DNA from: Scyliorhinus canicula
Taxonomy: Eukaryota
Direction of reading: 5' to 3'
Assembly: GCF_902713615.1 (NCBI RefSeq)
Contig: NC_052147.1
Coordinates: 93,121,044 to 93,185,043 of the forward strand
Length of the DNA stretch: 64,000 nucleotides
Positions 26,241-37,149 of the stretch are shown piece by piece. Under the pieces are notes generated by a model. It did no database searches, was not told where the DNA came from, and saw nothing but the letters and a program-made list of their open reading frames with translations. Every line of letters begins with the position of its first letter. The first letter of the stretch is position 1. The position numbers and the translations under genes are program-made.

Positions 26241-26359
26241 GTGACTGCTGGTTCCTGGCTGCCATTGCTTGTCTAACTCTTAATGAGAAGCTGCTCTACC
26301 GGGTCATCCCTAGAGATCAATACTTTACAGAAAATTATGCTGGGATCTTCCATTTCCAG
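26241..26359 (+). CDS. CAPN3: Calpain-3 exon (human exon 3 equivalent), catalytic Cys: (G)[39 protein letters not shown]
   Basis: ttttaaccag| acceptor, CAG|gtacta donor; 119 nt, phase 1-0. GDCW active-site motif (Cys codon 26246-26248). The CLTLN segment is typical of CAPN3. Confidence 0.97.
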
Positions 26360-26828
26360 GTACTATCATTCTCCAAAAGGATATTGATTATATAAGCAAC
26401 CAGGCTATTATCAGATGTCAGTGGAGCAGTATGTTACAGCATTGGATGTGAGTTCACCCTCTCTCACCGATCTGCTAGGTCTGGGACAGCAATCAACCCC
26501 TCTCTCCAAAAAAGAGGCTGCAATTCCTTTGTGTCTCATGGTCATGGGACATTTGTCGGTACTTCCCACCCCTATCAGTGATATTTTTGACTTTGGCCCA
26601 CTTTGCGAGTGAGTGTCATTACTATATTGCAGACAATCGCATGTTCAGTCCAGACATGGAGAGCAGCCACATCATCCCTCAACAAAAACATATAGACAAG
26701 GAATACCCAATCCTATCCTAACGCAGATGACAGAGAATACACAGACAAATCCCCATGACAAACAAATCTCCCAGCCAGACAGAGAACATGCAGACTCATT
26801 TATTTTCTTCCACCCCCAGCCAGACAAG

Positions 26829-27070
26829 GGGCTGAATTCTCCAATCCCCGACACCAAAATCGCGTTCAGCAACAGGCAGAGAATCCCCAATGACACCGAA
26901 ATCGGGGGCGGCGCTGCTTTCACCATGCTCCACCCACTGAAAAGTGAATACGCCGCGCGCCATATCCACGGCCTCCGTACGTAGGCTGAAGCTCGCCCCA
27001 CGATACTCCGTCCCTGACCGGCCGAGTTCCCGATGGCGTTGGTCTCTTGTGGTCTCACGTTGGGTGTTTG
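26829..27070 (+). mobile_element. Harbinger MITE end fragment
   Basis: TIR gggctgaattctcc with internal gagaatcc; homologous to the right end of 47721-48294. Confidence 0.75.
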
Positions 27071-27437
27071 GGAGGGGTAAATTTGGGCTTCAATAACATG
27101 ACTACTGAGATATCCCATCCAACGGTTGGAGAGGAAACAGCTCCGCTCTCCTGAGCCATTGTTTGAGTTGCAGAATACCCTCCTCTCACACCATCTCATC
27201 TCACCCCATCAACATACATTTCTATTCCTTTCTCCTTTGGATGCTTATCAAGTTTCTCTGAATTTCCTATTGGATTTATTATTGACTATTTTATATTTAT
27301 ATTGTGACATAGTCTGAATGATGGTTGGAGTGAAGTAGCTCACATCAGACAATTGATGATGTGAGGAGTAAAGGTTCTTTCCCCATGCAATACAGTACAA
27401 ACTCTTTCTATTATTCTCATTTCACTGTTCATTGCAG

Positions 27438-27571
27438 TTCTGGCGTTTCGGTGACTGGGTGGATGTCACTGTTGACGACCGAATCCCCACCTTCAACAAC
27501 CAGTTGGTTTTCACTAAATCTGCTGAGAGGAATGAGTTCTGGAGTGCCTTGCTGGAGAAAGCCTATGCCAA
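27438..27571 (+). CDS. CAPN3: Calpain-3 exon (exon 4 equivalent): [45 protein letters not shown]
   Basis: cattgcag| and AA|gtgagt; 134 nt; calpain [13 protein letters not shown] motif; in frame with the previous exon. Confidence 0.97.
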
Positions 27572-28081
27572 GTGAGTGCAGGTCATTGGGGTGAGCTCTA
27601 CCCTCTTGTAATTGAATGCTGCTTAGAATGGCAGGGTCACAATACCTGATGTTGCTTGTTAAAACTTCCAGAATTGTTCAATTAAACCCAAAACTCCATT
27701 GATGAACTATCCCAGAGTTATCCTAGCTGTTCAAAAAAATCACAGGAACGTTGCTGGCTTTCCAGGATTTCATCTGGGTTCTCCACAATGTTGACTTTCA
27801 CAAAGAGCCTCTGCTAAAACTGAGATTTATACCTCGTGACTTGGGGCTAGGGAAAAGGACTAGACTCAAGCTGTGATATAGGCCATAATTAATAACCTAC
27901 CTACAGTCAACCTCTGGAAGAACAGGTAAGGTTTTGGAGGATGGAGGCCTCTCCCAGCAAGGAGCTAGTGTTATTTGGAGCAATGGAGAAATAATTGTGG
28001 AAAAGATAATTTTTTCCTCAAAAAAGTGAGTGGAGAATCAGGCTGTGCTTTCACACACCACTCTATTTATCTTTCACTCAG

Positions 28082-28250
28082 GCTGAATGGATCCTATGAA
28101 GCGCTGAAGGGTGGCAACACCACGGAAGCCATGGAAGATTTCACCGGTGGTGTTACTGAATTCTTTGAGATGAAGGAGGCCCCGAAGGATCTGTACAAGA
28201 TCCTAAAGAAGGCAACAGACAGAGGCTCTCTAATGGGCTGTTCTATTGAT
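28082..28250 (+). CDS. CAPN3: Calpain-3 exon (exon 5 equivalent): [56 protein letters not shown]
   Basis: tttcactcag| and GAT|gtaagt; 169 nt; [14 protein letters not shown] and GSLMGCSID match CAPN3. Confidence 0.97.
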
Positions 28251-28419
28251 GTAAGTGTGCCCCCCCCCCCCCCCCCGGTGGCAAAATATTGACATGCCAG
28301 CTCCTGTGCTTCTGTTTTTTTTCAATAATTTTTTGAGTTATGTATATACATTGAAATGTTATTTCAAGCTGGAGAATGCCTACTTGGACTACTGTTTTAT
28401 ACAAACTGTCCAAAGTAGA

Positions 28420-28705
28420 TTGATTGAGAGACACAGTCTGCAGCCGCCACGCGAGGTCCTCGAAAGTTGTGAGGACACGTGTGCCACGCCGTTGGGGATT
28501 TGGCCCATCGGGGGCGAAGCATGGGGGAGGGCCTCAGGTGACATCCTGAGGCCGTCCCGACAGCATGCAGCATACTCCTCGAGTATGCCATTTTTGAGGG
28601 AATGGAGCATTGGAAAAACGGCGCCACCCTCAATTCCAGTGTAAAAGTGGATTCTTGCCGATCACCAAACGCGATTTCGGCGTCGGCGATCGGAGAATCC
28701 AGCCC
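28420..28705 (-). mobile_element. Harbinger MITE end fragment, inverted relative to 26829
   Basis: Ends ggagaatccagccc; about 120 bp align in reverse complement to 26829-26950. Confidence 0.75.
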
Positions 28706-29651
28706 AATAAGTGTAGAGATGTCTCATTGTTCAGTGAGTTACAGAGGAGCAGCATGTGAGACTACAAAGCCTGTGCTATCTCCATGTGATATAATACACT
28801 CCTCCCTCTCCATGTGATATCATAGACCTTCCTTCCTCCATGTGTGATATCATAGACACCACTTTTGGCCCCATGTGTTATAAGCTGGGATGTTACTGTT
28901 CCGTAGAAGGGCCATATGAGCTCTAAACGTTAACTCCGTTTCTCTCTCTACAAATGCTGCCAGACCTGCTGGTTATAAATAGGTTAGCCTCACTCCTCAA
29001 AGCTTGGATATACAGTTTTTGGTGCAAATTTGGCCACTGATCATCTGCTACAGTTGCTTTCTGTTAGTTTAAATCTTTGTTCCTTGTCTGTACCATTCAT
29101 TCAGACCAGAAATAAGGCAGCTGTTAGAAACAGTAAATTATGCAATTGGAATTAAACAGATGCTGATGTCCCGATCCTATGGCTCCATGATTTCCCAGCC
29201 TGGGTTTCCCTGCCTCTTTCCCTTTGCCCAAGCAACACCGAGTGGATAGTGGGCCACTGCTATCTCTTTACCAGGTTTTGGCACCCCAGCAAATGGTCCA
29301 GAGCACCATGAAATTATAGAAATCAGTAGGTTTCACCTGGGTGAGTGCATTCATAAAGCACCTGAGAAGGCTGATCAGGGTGGGAGGGCTATTATCAACA
29401 ACTCTACATTCCAAGCTAAACAAAAAACTGGTTTATCTCTGTCTCTAATATGTTGTGTAGTTCCCACTGTATTCATTTTACAAGTCTCACTTGCTCTCAC
29501 TCCCTCCTCTCTATGTCATTTTCTCTCCCACTCACTCTTCACATTATCCTAATCACTCACATGCTTTCTTTTCTCTCTTTTTCTTTTTCTTATTCTCTTT
29601 CACTGTATCAGGTTGTATTTCCTCAATCCCTGTCACTCTCACGCTGTCATG

Positions 29652-29879
29652 TTTAAAAAATAAATTTAGAGTACCCAATTCATTTTTTTCCAATTAAAGG
29701 GCAATTTAGCGTGGCCAATCCACCTAGCCTGCACATCTTTGGGTTGTGGGGGCGAAACCCATGCAAACACGGGGAGAATGTACAAACTCCACACGGACAG
29801 TGACCCAGAGCCGGGATCGAACCTGGGACCTCGGCACCGTGAGGCAGCGGGACTCACCCACTGCGCCATCGTGCTGCCT
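29652..29879 (-). mobile_element. A-tailed V-SINE
   Basis: Perfect 16-bp TSD ctctcacgctgtcatg (29636-29651 / 29880-29895). Confidence 0.93.
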
Positions 29880-30261
29880 CTCTCACGCTGTCATGACCTA
29901 GCCCACACTCTCTTGCTGTGCCAGTCATCCCAACTCATTGTCTTGTGGCGTCTTTTTGGCTTACTCCTGTTCTCTCCCTTACCAATGCTATTTTACCCAC
30001 TCTCACTGTCATCTCTATCTTAATCAATTTTATGTTTGGATATTGAAGCAGTCTGTGTTCATATACAGCAAGACTTGGACAATGTTCATGTTTGGGCTGA
30101 TAAGTGGCAAGTAACATTCTTGCCACATATGTGATAGGCAATCCCTAACAAGAGGGAATGTAACCATCTCCCCATGACATGCAAGGCATTAGCGTTGCTG
30201 AAAGAATACACTTTGTCGATGTAGTCATCAGGACATTTGCATGAACAGAGGGTGTTGACAA

Positions 30262-30430
30262 TCAAAGATGTGCAGGTTAGGTGGATTGGCCATGCTAAAT
30301 TACCCCTTAAGGTCGGGTTGCAGAAAAAGGGCTGGGGATTGGGCCTAGGTTGGGAGGTCTTTCGAAGGGTCAGTGCAGACTTGATGGGCCAAATAGCCTT
30401 TGTCTGCACTGTAGGAATTCAATGTTCTAT
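30262..30430 (+). mobile_element. 5'-truncated HE1-like V-SINE
   Basis: caaagatgtgcaggttaggtggattggccatgc... through the CR1-type tail. Confidence 0.75.
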
Positions 30431-31269
30431 ATTCAAATTTAAAATTGTCAGTTGGGCTCATAGTGTGTCGCATTTGCGTGTACTGGACGCCACATATATT
30501 ATTACACAGGGTCTTGGCTTTGCAGACAGAAAGAACATGTACACATGTGGTGCCTGTTTCAGCTAAACAAAATAAGTGGTTGAAATTCACTGGTCCATTC
30601 CTCAGGGCAATACCTTGACCAATTGGAGTCAAGCTGCCTGGTTTAAATTTCAAACAATGCTTGGTAGTTTGCTGTCAGTTACCATCAACTGGTTCATTCT
30701 GCTCTGTCAATCAGTCCACTTGTCAATCAACCATTGATCAGTGGCAGGATCTTCCAGTCCCTCTGGTATCGGGGAACCCATGACAGGGGCTCGTCGCCAG
30801 CAGGACAGGACGATCCTGCCGGCGTGAATTGCCGGAAAATCTCGTGATCTGGTTTCGGACAAAGCTCGGCACAACATCGAGGGCCGAAGGGCCTGTTCTG
30901 TGCTGTACTGTTCTATGTTCTATGTTCGATATAAATCGGATCGACAACAAAACATTGACCTTCCAGCAATGCCCACATCTGGTGAAGGAATTTTTAAAAT
31001 GCTGCCTCTTTCTCCCCAATACATTGTTGTTTTCCAAAGCTACCTATTTATCTTTCTGTTTCTGTTGATTCTTCCCTTTATGTCTGGCATCTTTCCTTTA
31101 ATTACTTGTCCTGTTTTTCTCTCTCTCATGCTTTTGTGTGCTGCCTCTCCCTTTTTTCTCTCAAACTGTCTCACTCTCTGTTTGTCTGCCGATCTCTCTT
31201 TGTCTCTCTCTGCTATTCCCCACTGCTCTTCTGTTGTCTGATACCCTGTAATGTTCTCTGATATTCCAG

Positions 31270-31407
31270 GAAGGTCTTTTTCGTGGGACAGGTGTCATCC
31301 CACAAGCACAGATTCAAAGGTTTCTGCTTAATGCTGCAATTGCTCCGGATAGATCTAAGTCCAAAGTTGGTGATCAGAGCAAGAATTTGGATGACATTCC
31401 TTCCAGG
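31270..31407 (+). CDS. CAPN3: Candidate IS1 cassette exon (exon 6 position): EGLFRGTGVIPQAQIQRFLLNAAIAPDRSKSKVGDQSKNLDDIPSR
   Basis: Follows a ~250-nt CU-rich tract; atattccag| acceptor, AGG|gtttgt donor; 138 nt, phase 0-0, stop-free. Position and size are close to human exon 6 (144 nt). Protein similarity to tetrapod IS1 is weak. Confidence 0.7.
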
Positions 31408-31444
31408 GTTTGTATTGCAATAGGAGAAGTGGTGATTTGAGGCA

Positions 31445-31492
31445 ACTAATGATTGCACCTGCAATGCATGCTGGCTAACTGGTATGGCTAAC
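31445..31492 (+). promoter_or_regulatory. Intronic splicing-enhancer cluster (QKI/RBFOX-type) downstream of the candidate IS1 exon
   Basis: ACTAAT 31445-31450, TGCATG 31465-31470, CTAAC at 31475 and 31488, all within 85 nt of the donor. Confidence 0.6.
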
Positions 31493-31626
31493 TATCCTGA
31501 ATAATCGGGAACTCAGCACAGTTACGCAGTGAGTAAACCGTACCCAGCTGAACAAACAGGAATTCTGCACAGTTCCAGCTCTTGGTCTGTAGCCCTGTAG
31601 GTAACAGCACCTCAAGCACAGATCTG

Positions 31627-32281
31627 GGGCGGTATTCTCCTGCCGGGTGGGAGAATCGCTGGGGTGCCGCCCAAATCTCGCCACGCCGCCCCAACCACCG
31701 CACGTGATTCTCCCACCCCCACCCAAACCGGCACCGGGCCGCTCTGAGAATCGCCGTAAACGGCGAGCGGCGATTCTCCGGCCCGGATGGGCCGAGTGGC
31801 CATGCGTAAACGGCCCAGTCCCGCCGGTGCTGTCCACACCTGGTCGCTGCCAGCGGGTACTCATCGCAAAGGCTTGGGGGGCGGCCTGTGCGGGTGGGAG
31901 GGGGGCTCCATTCCTGGGGGGGGGGGGGGGGGGGCTCCCGAGTGGCCTGGTACGCGATCGGGTCAAACTGATCGGCGGGCCGGCCTCTCTGTCGGTGGGC
32001 CTCCTTTCTTCCGCTGGCGAGCCCGGATACATCCGCCATGTTTGTGCGGGGCGGCATGGGGGAGGACGGCCACCGCGCATGCGCTAGTTGGCTCCGGCCC
32101 AACTGCGGTTGCGCGGGACCCAAGGTGCCGAGGCCCCGCCCCCGTAAATTCCACGACGCCCCTGCTAGCCCCATGGAGGGGGGAGAATAGGGGTCTAGGA
32201 ACGGACACCGACGCTGGAGTAAAACACTCTGGTTTTTACTCCGGCGTCGGCACTTAGATTCCTGTTGGGAGAATCCCGCCC
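31627..32281. mobile_element. Harbinger-type MITE
   Basis: TIRs gggcggtattctcc / ggagaatcccgccc; flanks ctg/atg. Confidence 0.85.
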
Positions 32282-32649
32282 ATGGTGTTCTTGATTAATA
32301 AGGGGATCAGTGGCTTTGGGGAGAAAGCAGGAAAATTGGGATCAGGAACATTTCAGCCATAATCGAATGGCAGAGCAGACTCAATGGGCCACACAGCCTA
32401 ATTCTGCTCCGCTATCGTATGGTCTTACAGTGTGTAACCCTTACCCTGTTGACTAAGTAGGAATTGCATAGTTTCATAATGGGTAATCCTACCGCTACTG
32501 AATAAATAGGAACTCTGTACTGTTAATGCTGAATAAACGAGGGGATAGATTTCTTCCACTGTTGTCCCAATCTGTCATTTGGCAGAGGTTTGATACAACC
32601 TCAGAGAAGCATCTGAAATGGCTAAATTACAGCTGGAGATATGAAGAAT

Positions 32650-32981
32650 CATAGAACATAGAACAGTACAGCACAGAACAGGCCCTTCGGCCCTCGATGT
32701 TGTGCCGAGCAATGATCACCCTACTTAAACCCACGTAACCCGTATACCCGTAACCCAACAATCCCCCCATTAACCTTACACTACGGGCAATTTAGCATGG
32801 CCAATCCACCTAACCCGCACATCTTTGGACTGTGGGAGGAAACCGGAGCACCCGGAGGAAACCCACGCACACACAGGGAGGACGTGCAGACTCCACACAG
32901 ACAGTGACCCAGCCGGGAACCGAACCTGGGACCCTGGAGCTGTGAAGCATTGATGCTAACCACCATGCTGCCGTGAGGCCC
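32650..32981 (-). mobile_element. Young V-SINE, (TTCTATG)n CR1-tail subfamily
   Basis: Near-perfect reverse complement of 16694-17033. Confidence 0.93.
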
Positions 32982-33214
32982 AAATCCTGTCAGACCTTTT
33001 ATTCCAAGCATCATGCCCACTGCTTACATCTCAACTGTGTGGCTCTGACTAAAATCTTTGATTTGCAAAACCAAAACACATGGCTAGATCTTAATTTTAT
33101 TTAGATGAAGTGGCATTCCAAATCACTGCTAATTTTACAATTAGAAGCATTCTGTCCTGGAATGGCAAAATGCCGTGCTGATACTGATTGACACACAGTT
33201 GGTGGCAATTCAGT

Positions 33215-33835
33215 GGGCGGGATTCTCTCAGACTACGCCGGGCCGGAGAATCGCTGAGCTGGGCGTGAATCGCGTGACGACGCCCCGACGCAGTCAGCAC
33301 GGCGCTGGTCAGGGGCCGCTCTACGCAGCCCCCCTGCGATTCTCCGCCCAGGATGGGCCGAGCGGCTGCACATAAAATCCGAGTCCTGCCATCCATGTAT
33401 GGTCTTACCCAGCAGGACCTCGGCGTGCATGCATCCGGAGGTGGCCTGGTGGGGGGGTACAACCCTGCGGTTGCCTCCGCTGTGGCCCGGCCTGCATTGG
33501 GGCCTACCGATCGGCGGGCTCGCCTCTCGGGCTGGGGACCTCTTTTGCTCCGCGCCGGCCCATGTAGCCCTTCGCCGTGTTGTGTCGGGGCCGGCGGGGA
33601 GAAGGGTGCCACTGTGCATGCACGCATTGGCGCCAGTCGCACTGCGTATGCGCACACCCGCGGCGCCCATTTGATGCCGGTCAGCTGCTGGAGCAGCGTG
33701 GGTCACTCCAGTGCCGTGCTGGCCCCCTGTAGGAGTCAGAATCGCTGCTCCTGAGGGCATGTTGATGCCGTCGTGAAATGTGACACCGTTTATGACGGCG
33801 TCAACACTTAGCCTCAGGATCAGAGAATCCATCCC
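33215..33835. mobile_element. Harbinger-type MITE
   Basis: TIRs gggcgggattctct / agagaatccatccc; 3-bp TSD AGT on both sides. Confidence 0.88.
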
Positions 33836-34112
33836 AGTGTGTCCAATGAATCCCAATTAAAGGCATTTTCAAGACAATAGAACTCCTTTAATGTCAACCT
33901 ATTTTTACCTTGTGCCCCAGTTTTAAATGTGTGGCATTTGTAGTTGCTCCAAGCCCTGTTGCGCAGCATGATGGCTAAAGCCACCAACTCTGTTTGGTGG
34001 CAGCTTGAGTTCTCAGCTTTGTTGAGCTAACAGTGTGAAGTGCAGTATGAAGTCCAACATGTTTGTTTTGAATGCATACACTCATCCAGGATTTGCTAAA
34101 GATGCTAGTAAG

Positions 34113-34395
34113 TGTGGTGAATGTAACATGATAATTCACATCTTTGTAAGCGCAGTAGCGTTATCCGACCACTAGGGGAGTAGCTCTGGGAATGCTCAGG
34201 AGCTTGTACAGAGCTCCAGCCTGGGCTCCGCCCACAACTCCTCTCCCTAGTGCTGCTGTATAAATACCCTTGTCCAGAGTCAGCCTGCAGTTCACTGAGA
34301 GTTCATCAACGGGTAACAAGCTGGCTTTGTAGTAAGTCGATTAAAGCCTATATTCATATCGGAAACACTTGTCTAGTGAATTGATGGTTCCATCA
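34113..34395 (+). mobile_element. Solo LTR (probably Gypsy-type) carrying a CTCF-like motif
   Basis: TG...CA ends, TATAAATA (~34259), ATTAAA (~34340), TSD gtaag/ataag; same family as 50139 and 58454. Confidence 0.85.
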
Positions 34396-34586
34396 ATAAG
34401 ATTTTTACAAGCCTGACTGCGCTAATTGCCATTTATGCCTCACACCTGGCTGGAATATTTGAGGTAACCTTTAATTCCATCAATCATTGATTAAAGTGTT
34501 TTTCTTAAAAATTGATGGGGATAAAATTATAAATGCCTCAATAAAATATGTTCTAAAAAAACGACAGGGATTTGGGAGAGGTCAAG

Positions 34587-34803
34587 GAAAAGAAAAGAAA
34601 ATAATCTTTATTGTGACAAGTAGGATTACGTTAACACTGCAATGAAGGTACTGTGAAAAGCCCCGAGTCGCCACATTCCGGCGCCTGTTCAGGTGCACAC
34701 AGGGAGAATTCAGAATTCCCAGCTGGTACAGGAATTGAATCCGCGCTGCTGGCCTTGTTCTGCATCACAAATCAGCTGTCTAGCCCACTGAGCTAAACCA
34801 GCC
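34587..34803 (-). mobile_element. tRNA-derived SINE without V-core, sharing the tail of the (ATT)n V-SINE subfamily
   Basis: Head ggctggtttagctcagtggg...gattcaattcc joined directly to the tail aatgtggcgact...cctacttgtcacaataaag. Confidence 0.75.
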
Positions 34804-35420
34804 ATAAGCCAAGGAAGTGGATGGCAGGGAGATGTTCTTGTATTCCCTGAGTGTCCTGCACAAGAATGGGAATACCTGCATGCCAGCACGATGCATGTTG
34901 CTTTCCTGCACACAGGACTACATGGCACAAATTACTGTGTTCTTGTGAGGCAGTGTTGGAGTGCTTACACAGCAGTTCAGTGCAGATATATCATTGGTTC
35001 AAGTTTATTCCCTTGCATCTCCAGAAAATGTGAGGCACGGGGTTTGTAGATTTGGTAGAAAGTGAGAGGCAGGGGGGCTTGCAGAAACCAAGTGACATTA
35101 CAGAAAAACCTTCTCCTCCACTTTTCCTCCGCCCATGATGAACAGTTGTTTTCCAGCTTGGAGATGTGTTAATAGTGGAGTTCCCCAGTGGTCAGTGTGG
35201 GGACCTTTGCTCTTCCTCATAGATATTAATGACCTAGCCTGTGGTCTTCAGGGCATGATTTAAAAATTTGTAGATTATATGAAGATTGGAAATGTTGTCA
35301 ACTGTGATGAGGATAGTCATGAGGTTCAAAAGGACATTGATGTATTGGTTGATTGGGCAGACACGTGGCAGATGAAATTCAATGCAGAGAAGTGTGAAGT
35401 GATTAATTTTGGCAGGAAGA

Positions 35421-36328
35421 TGTTAGATCCGAGATAATCAGCCACACATAGGCCGCAGGTTAGAGCACAAAGAGATTTATTATTACTTACTGTCAAATCA
35501 CCACCACTCCCGGAGGGTCTCCTTCTCCGACCTGCACCCAGGTCAGGGTTTTTATACTAGAGGGGTTACACCTGTGAAGGTAAAAGCCCTGCCCCTTTGC
35601 CGGGGAAGTTCATGGGCGGGATTCTCCGACCCTCCACTCGCCGGGTCGGAGAATCCCTGGGGGGCGGCGTGAATCCCGCCCCGCCGCTCTGATGCCGGCT
35701 GCCGTATTCTCCTACGCCGGATTTCGGGCGGGGCGGGGATCATGCTGCACCGGTCGGGGGCTGTTGGTAGCGCCCCCCCCCAGCAATTTCCCGGGCCCCG
35801 ATGGGACGAGCGACCATTGGTTTCTGGCCAGTCCCACCAGTGTGGATTGGGCAAGGTCCCACCTGGTAGGCCGGCTGGTGCGGTCCTCGGGGAGACGCGG
35901 GCGGATCTGGCCCCGGGGGAGCCCCACGGTGGCCTGGCCTGCGATCGGAGCCCACTGATCTGTGGGCGGGCCTGTGCAGTGGGGGCACTCCTTCCTTCTG
36001 TGCCGGCCCCTGTAGGGCCCCGCCATGGCCGGCGCAGAGAAGACACCCCACTGCGCATGCGCGAGAATACACTGGCCGGTCTGCGCATGCGCGGAACCAT
36101 GCCGGAGTTCTGCGCATGCGCTAACTCGTGCCAGCTCTTCGGCACCGATTGGCATGGCAGCAACCCCTCTGGCGCCGGCCTAGATCTGGAAGTGTGGAGT
36201 GGTTTGCGCCGCTTTTTATGCAGGTGTTGGGCCATCGCGGAGATTCGGGAGAATACCGGCCCAGATTCCCCGGTGGGCACGGGAAACCTGATAGTTCATA
36301 TCCCGTGACTTCTGCTGGGGTTATAACA
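35421..36328 (-). mobile_element. Solo LTR, itself interrupted by a MITE
   Basis: TG...CA ends, perfect 5-bp TSD gaaga (35416-35420 / 36329-36333), minus-strand TATAAAAA (35549-35556) and AATAAA (35476-35481). Confidence 0.88.
35614..36261. mobile_element. Harbinger-type MITE (CpG-rich, three TGCGCATGCGC motifs)
   Basis: TIRs gggcgggattctcc / ggagaataccggcc; flanks cat/cag. Confidence 0.85.
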
Positions 36329-37149
36329 GAAGAACATGGAGATAAAATTAAGGGAGAAATTCTAAAGGAGCTGCAGGTCAGAGAGGCCTCGGTGTAAATG
36401 TACATAAGTCATTGAAGGTGGCAGGGCATGTTGAGAGAATGGTTAGTAAAGCACATGGTATCCTAGGTTGTATTAACAGTCACTGAGTACAAGAGTAAGG
36501 GATCATGTTGAACTTGTATAGGACATGAGTTGGCCTCATATGGAATACTACATCCAGTTCCTGGCACCATACTTGAGAAAGATGTGAATGCATAGGAGGG
36601 TGTACAGACGAGATTCACAAGAATGATTCCAGGGAATCAACTATAGCTATGAGGATAGATTAGAGAAGTTGGGCCGATCTTCCTTGGAGAAAAGAAAGCT
36701 GAGAGGATACTTGATAGTGGTTTTAAAGATCCTTAGGGTTATGGACAGGGTAAGAGAGCAACTATTCCCACTCAAGAGAGCATCAAGAACTAGAGAGCAC
36801 AGATTCAAAATAATTGGCAAAAGGAATAAAACTGATGTGAGGAAATTTATTTTTACCTAGACGGTGGTTGGAGTTTGGACTTAACTTCCTGAGAGGGTGG
36901 TGGAGGCAGTTTGACCGAGGAATTCAAAAAGGAATTGGATTGCTTTCTGAAAAGAAAGAATGTTCAAGGTTATGGGGATAAGGCAGGGAAATGGAACTAT
37001 GCAGAATGCCCTTTCAGAGAGCCAGTGCAGACTCGATGGGCTGAATGGCCTCCTTCTGAACTGTAAAGTTTATGTGATTCTGCTGATTCACAGAGGATAC
37101 AGGTTGTTGGCCAATGGCAGTTGGGGTATGGATCTTTGGGGATTAATAA

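Larger units (their letters stand above)
35140..37080 (+). mobile_element. Decayed CR1 LINE 3' portion, interrupted by a solo LTR
   Basis: GVPQWSV.GP, WQMKFNAEKCEV, YEDRLEKLG, RTREHRFK; CR1 tail. Confidence 0.85.

Noticed and set aside
29430-30020. Second long CU-rich tract in intron 5 as an alternative IS1 acceptor
   Set aside because: No convincing open phase-0 exon with a donor follows, and it is interrupted by a SINE.
31475-36397. Long overlapping GC-rich ORFs of 150-240 aa on both strands
   Set aside because: They coincide with GC-rich MITEs that are poor in stop codons; no domain or splice support.
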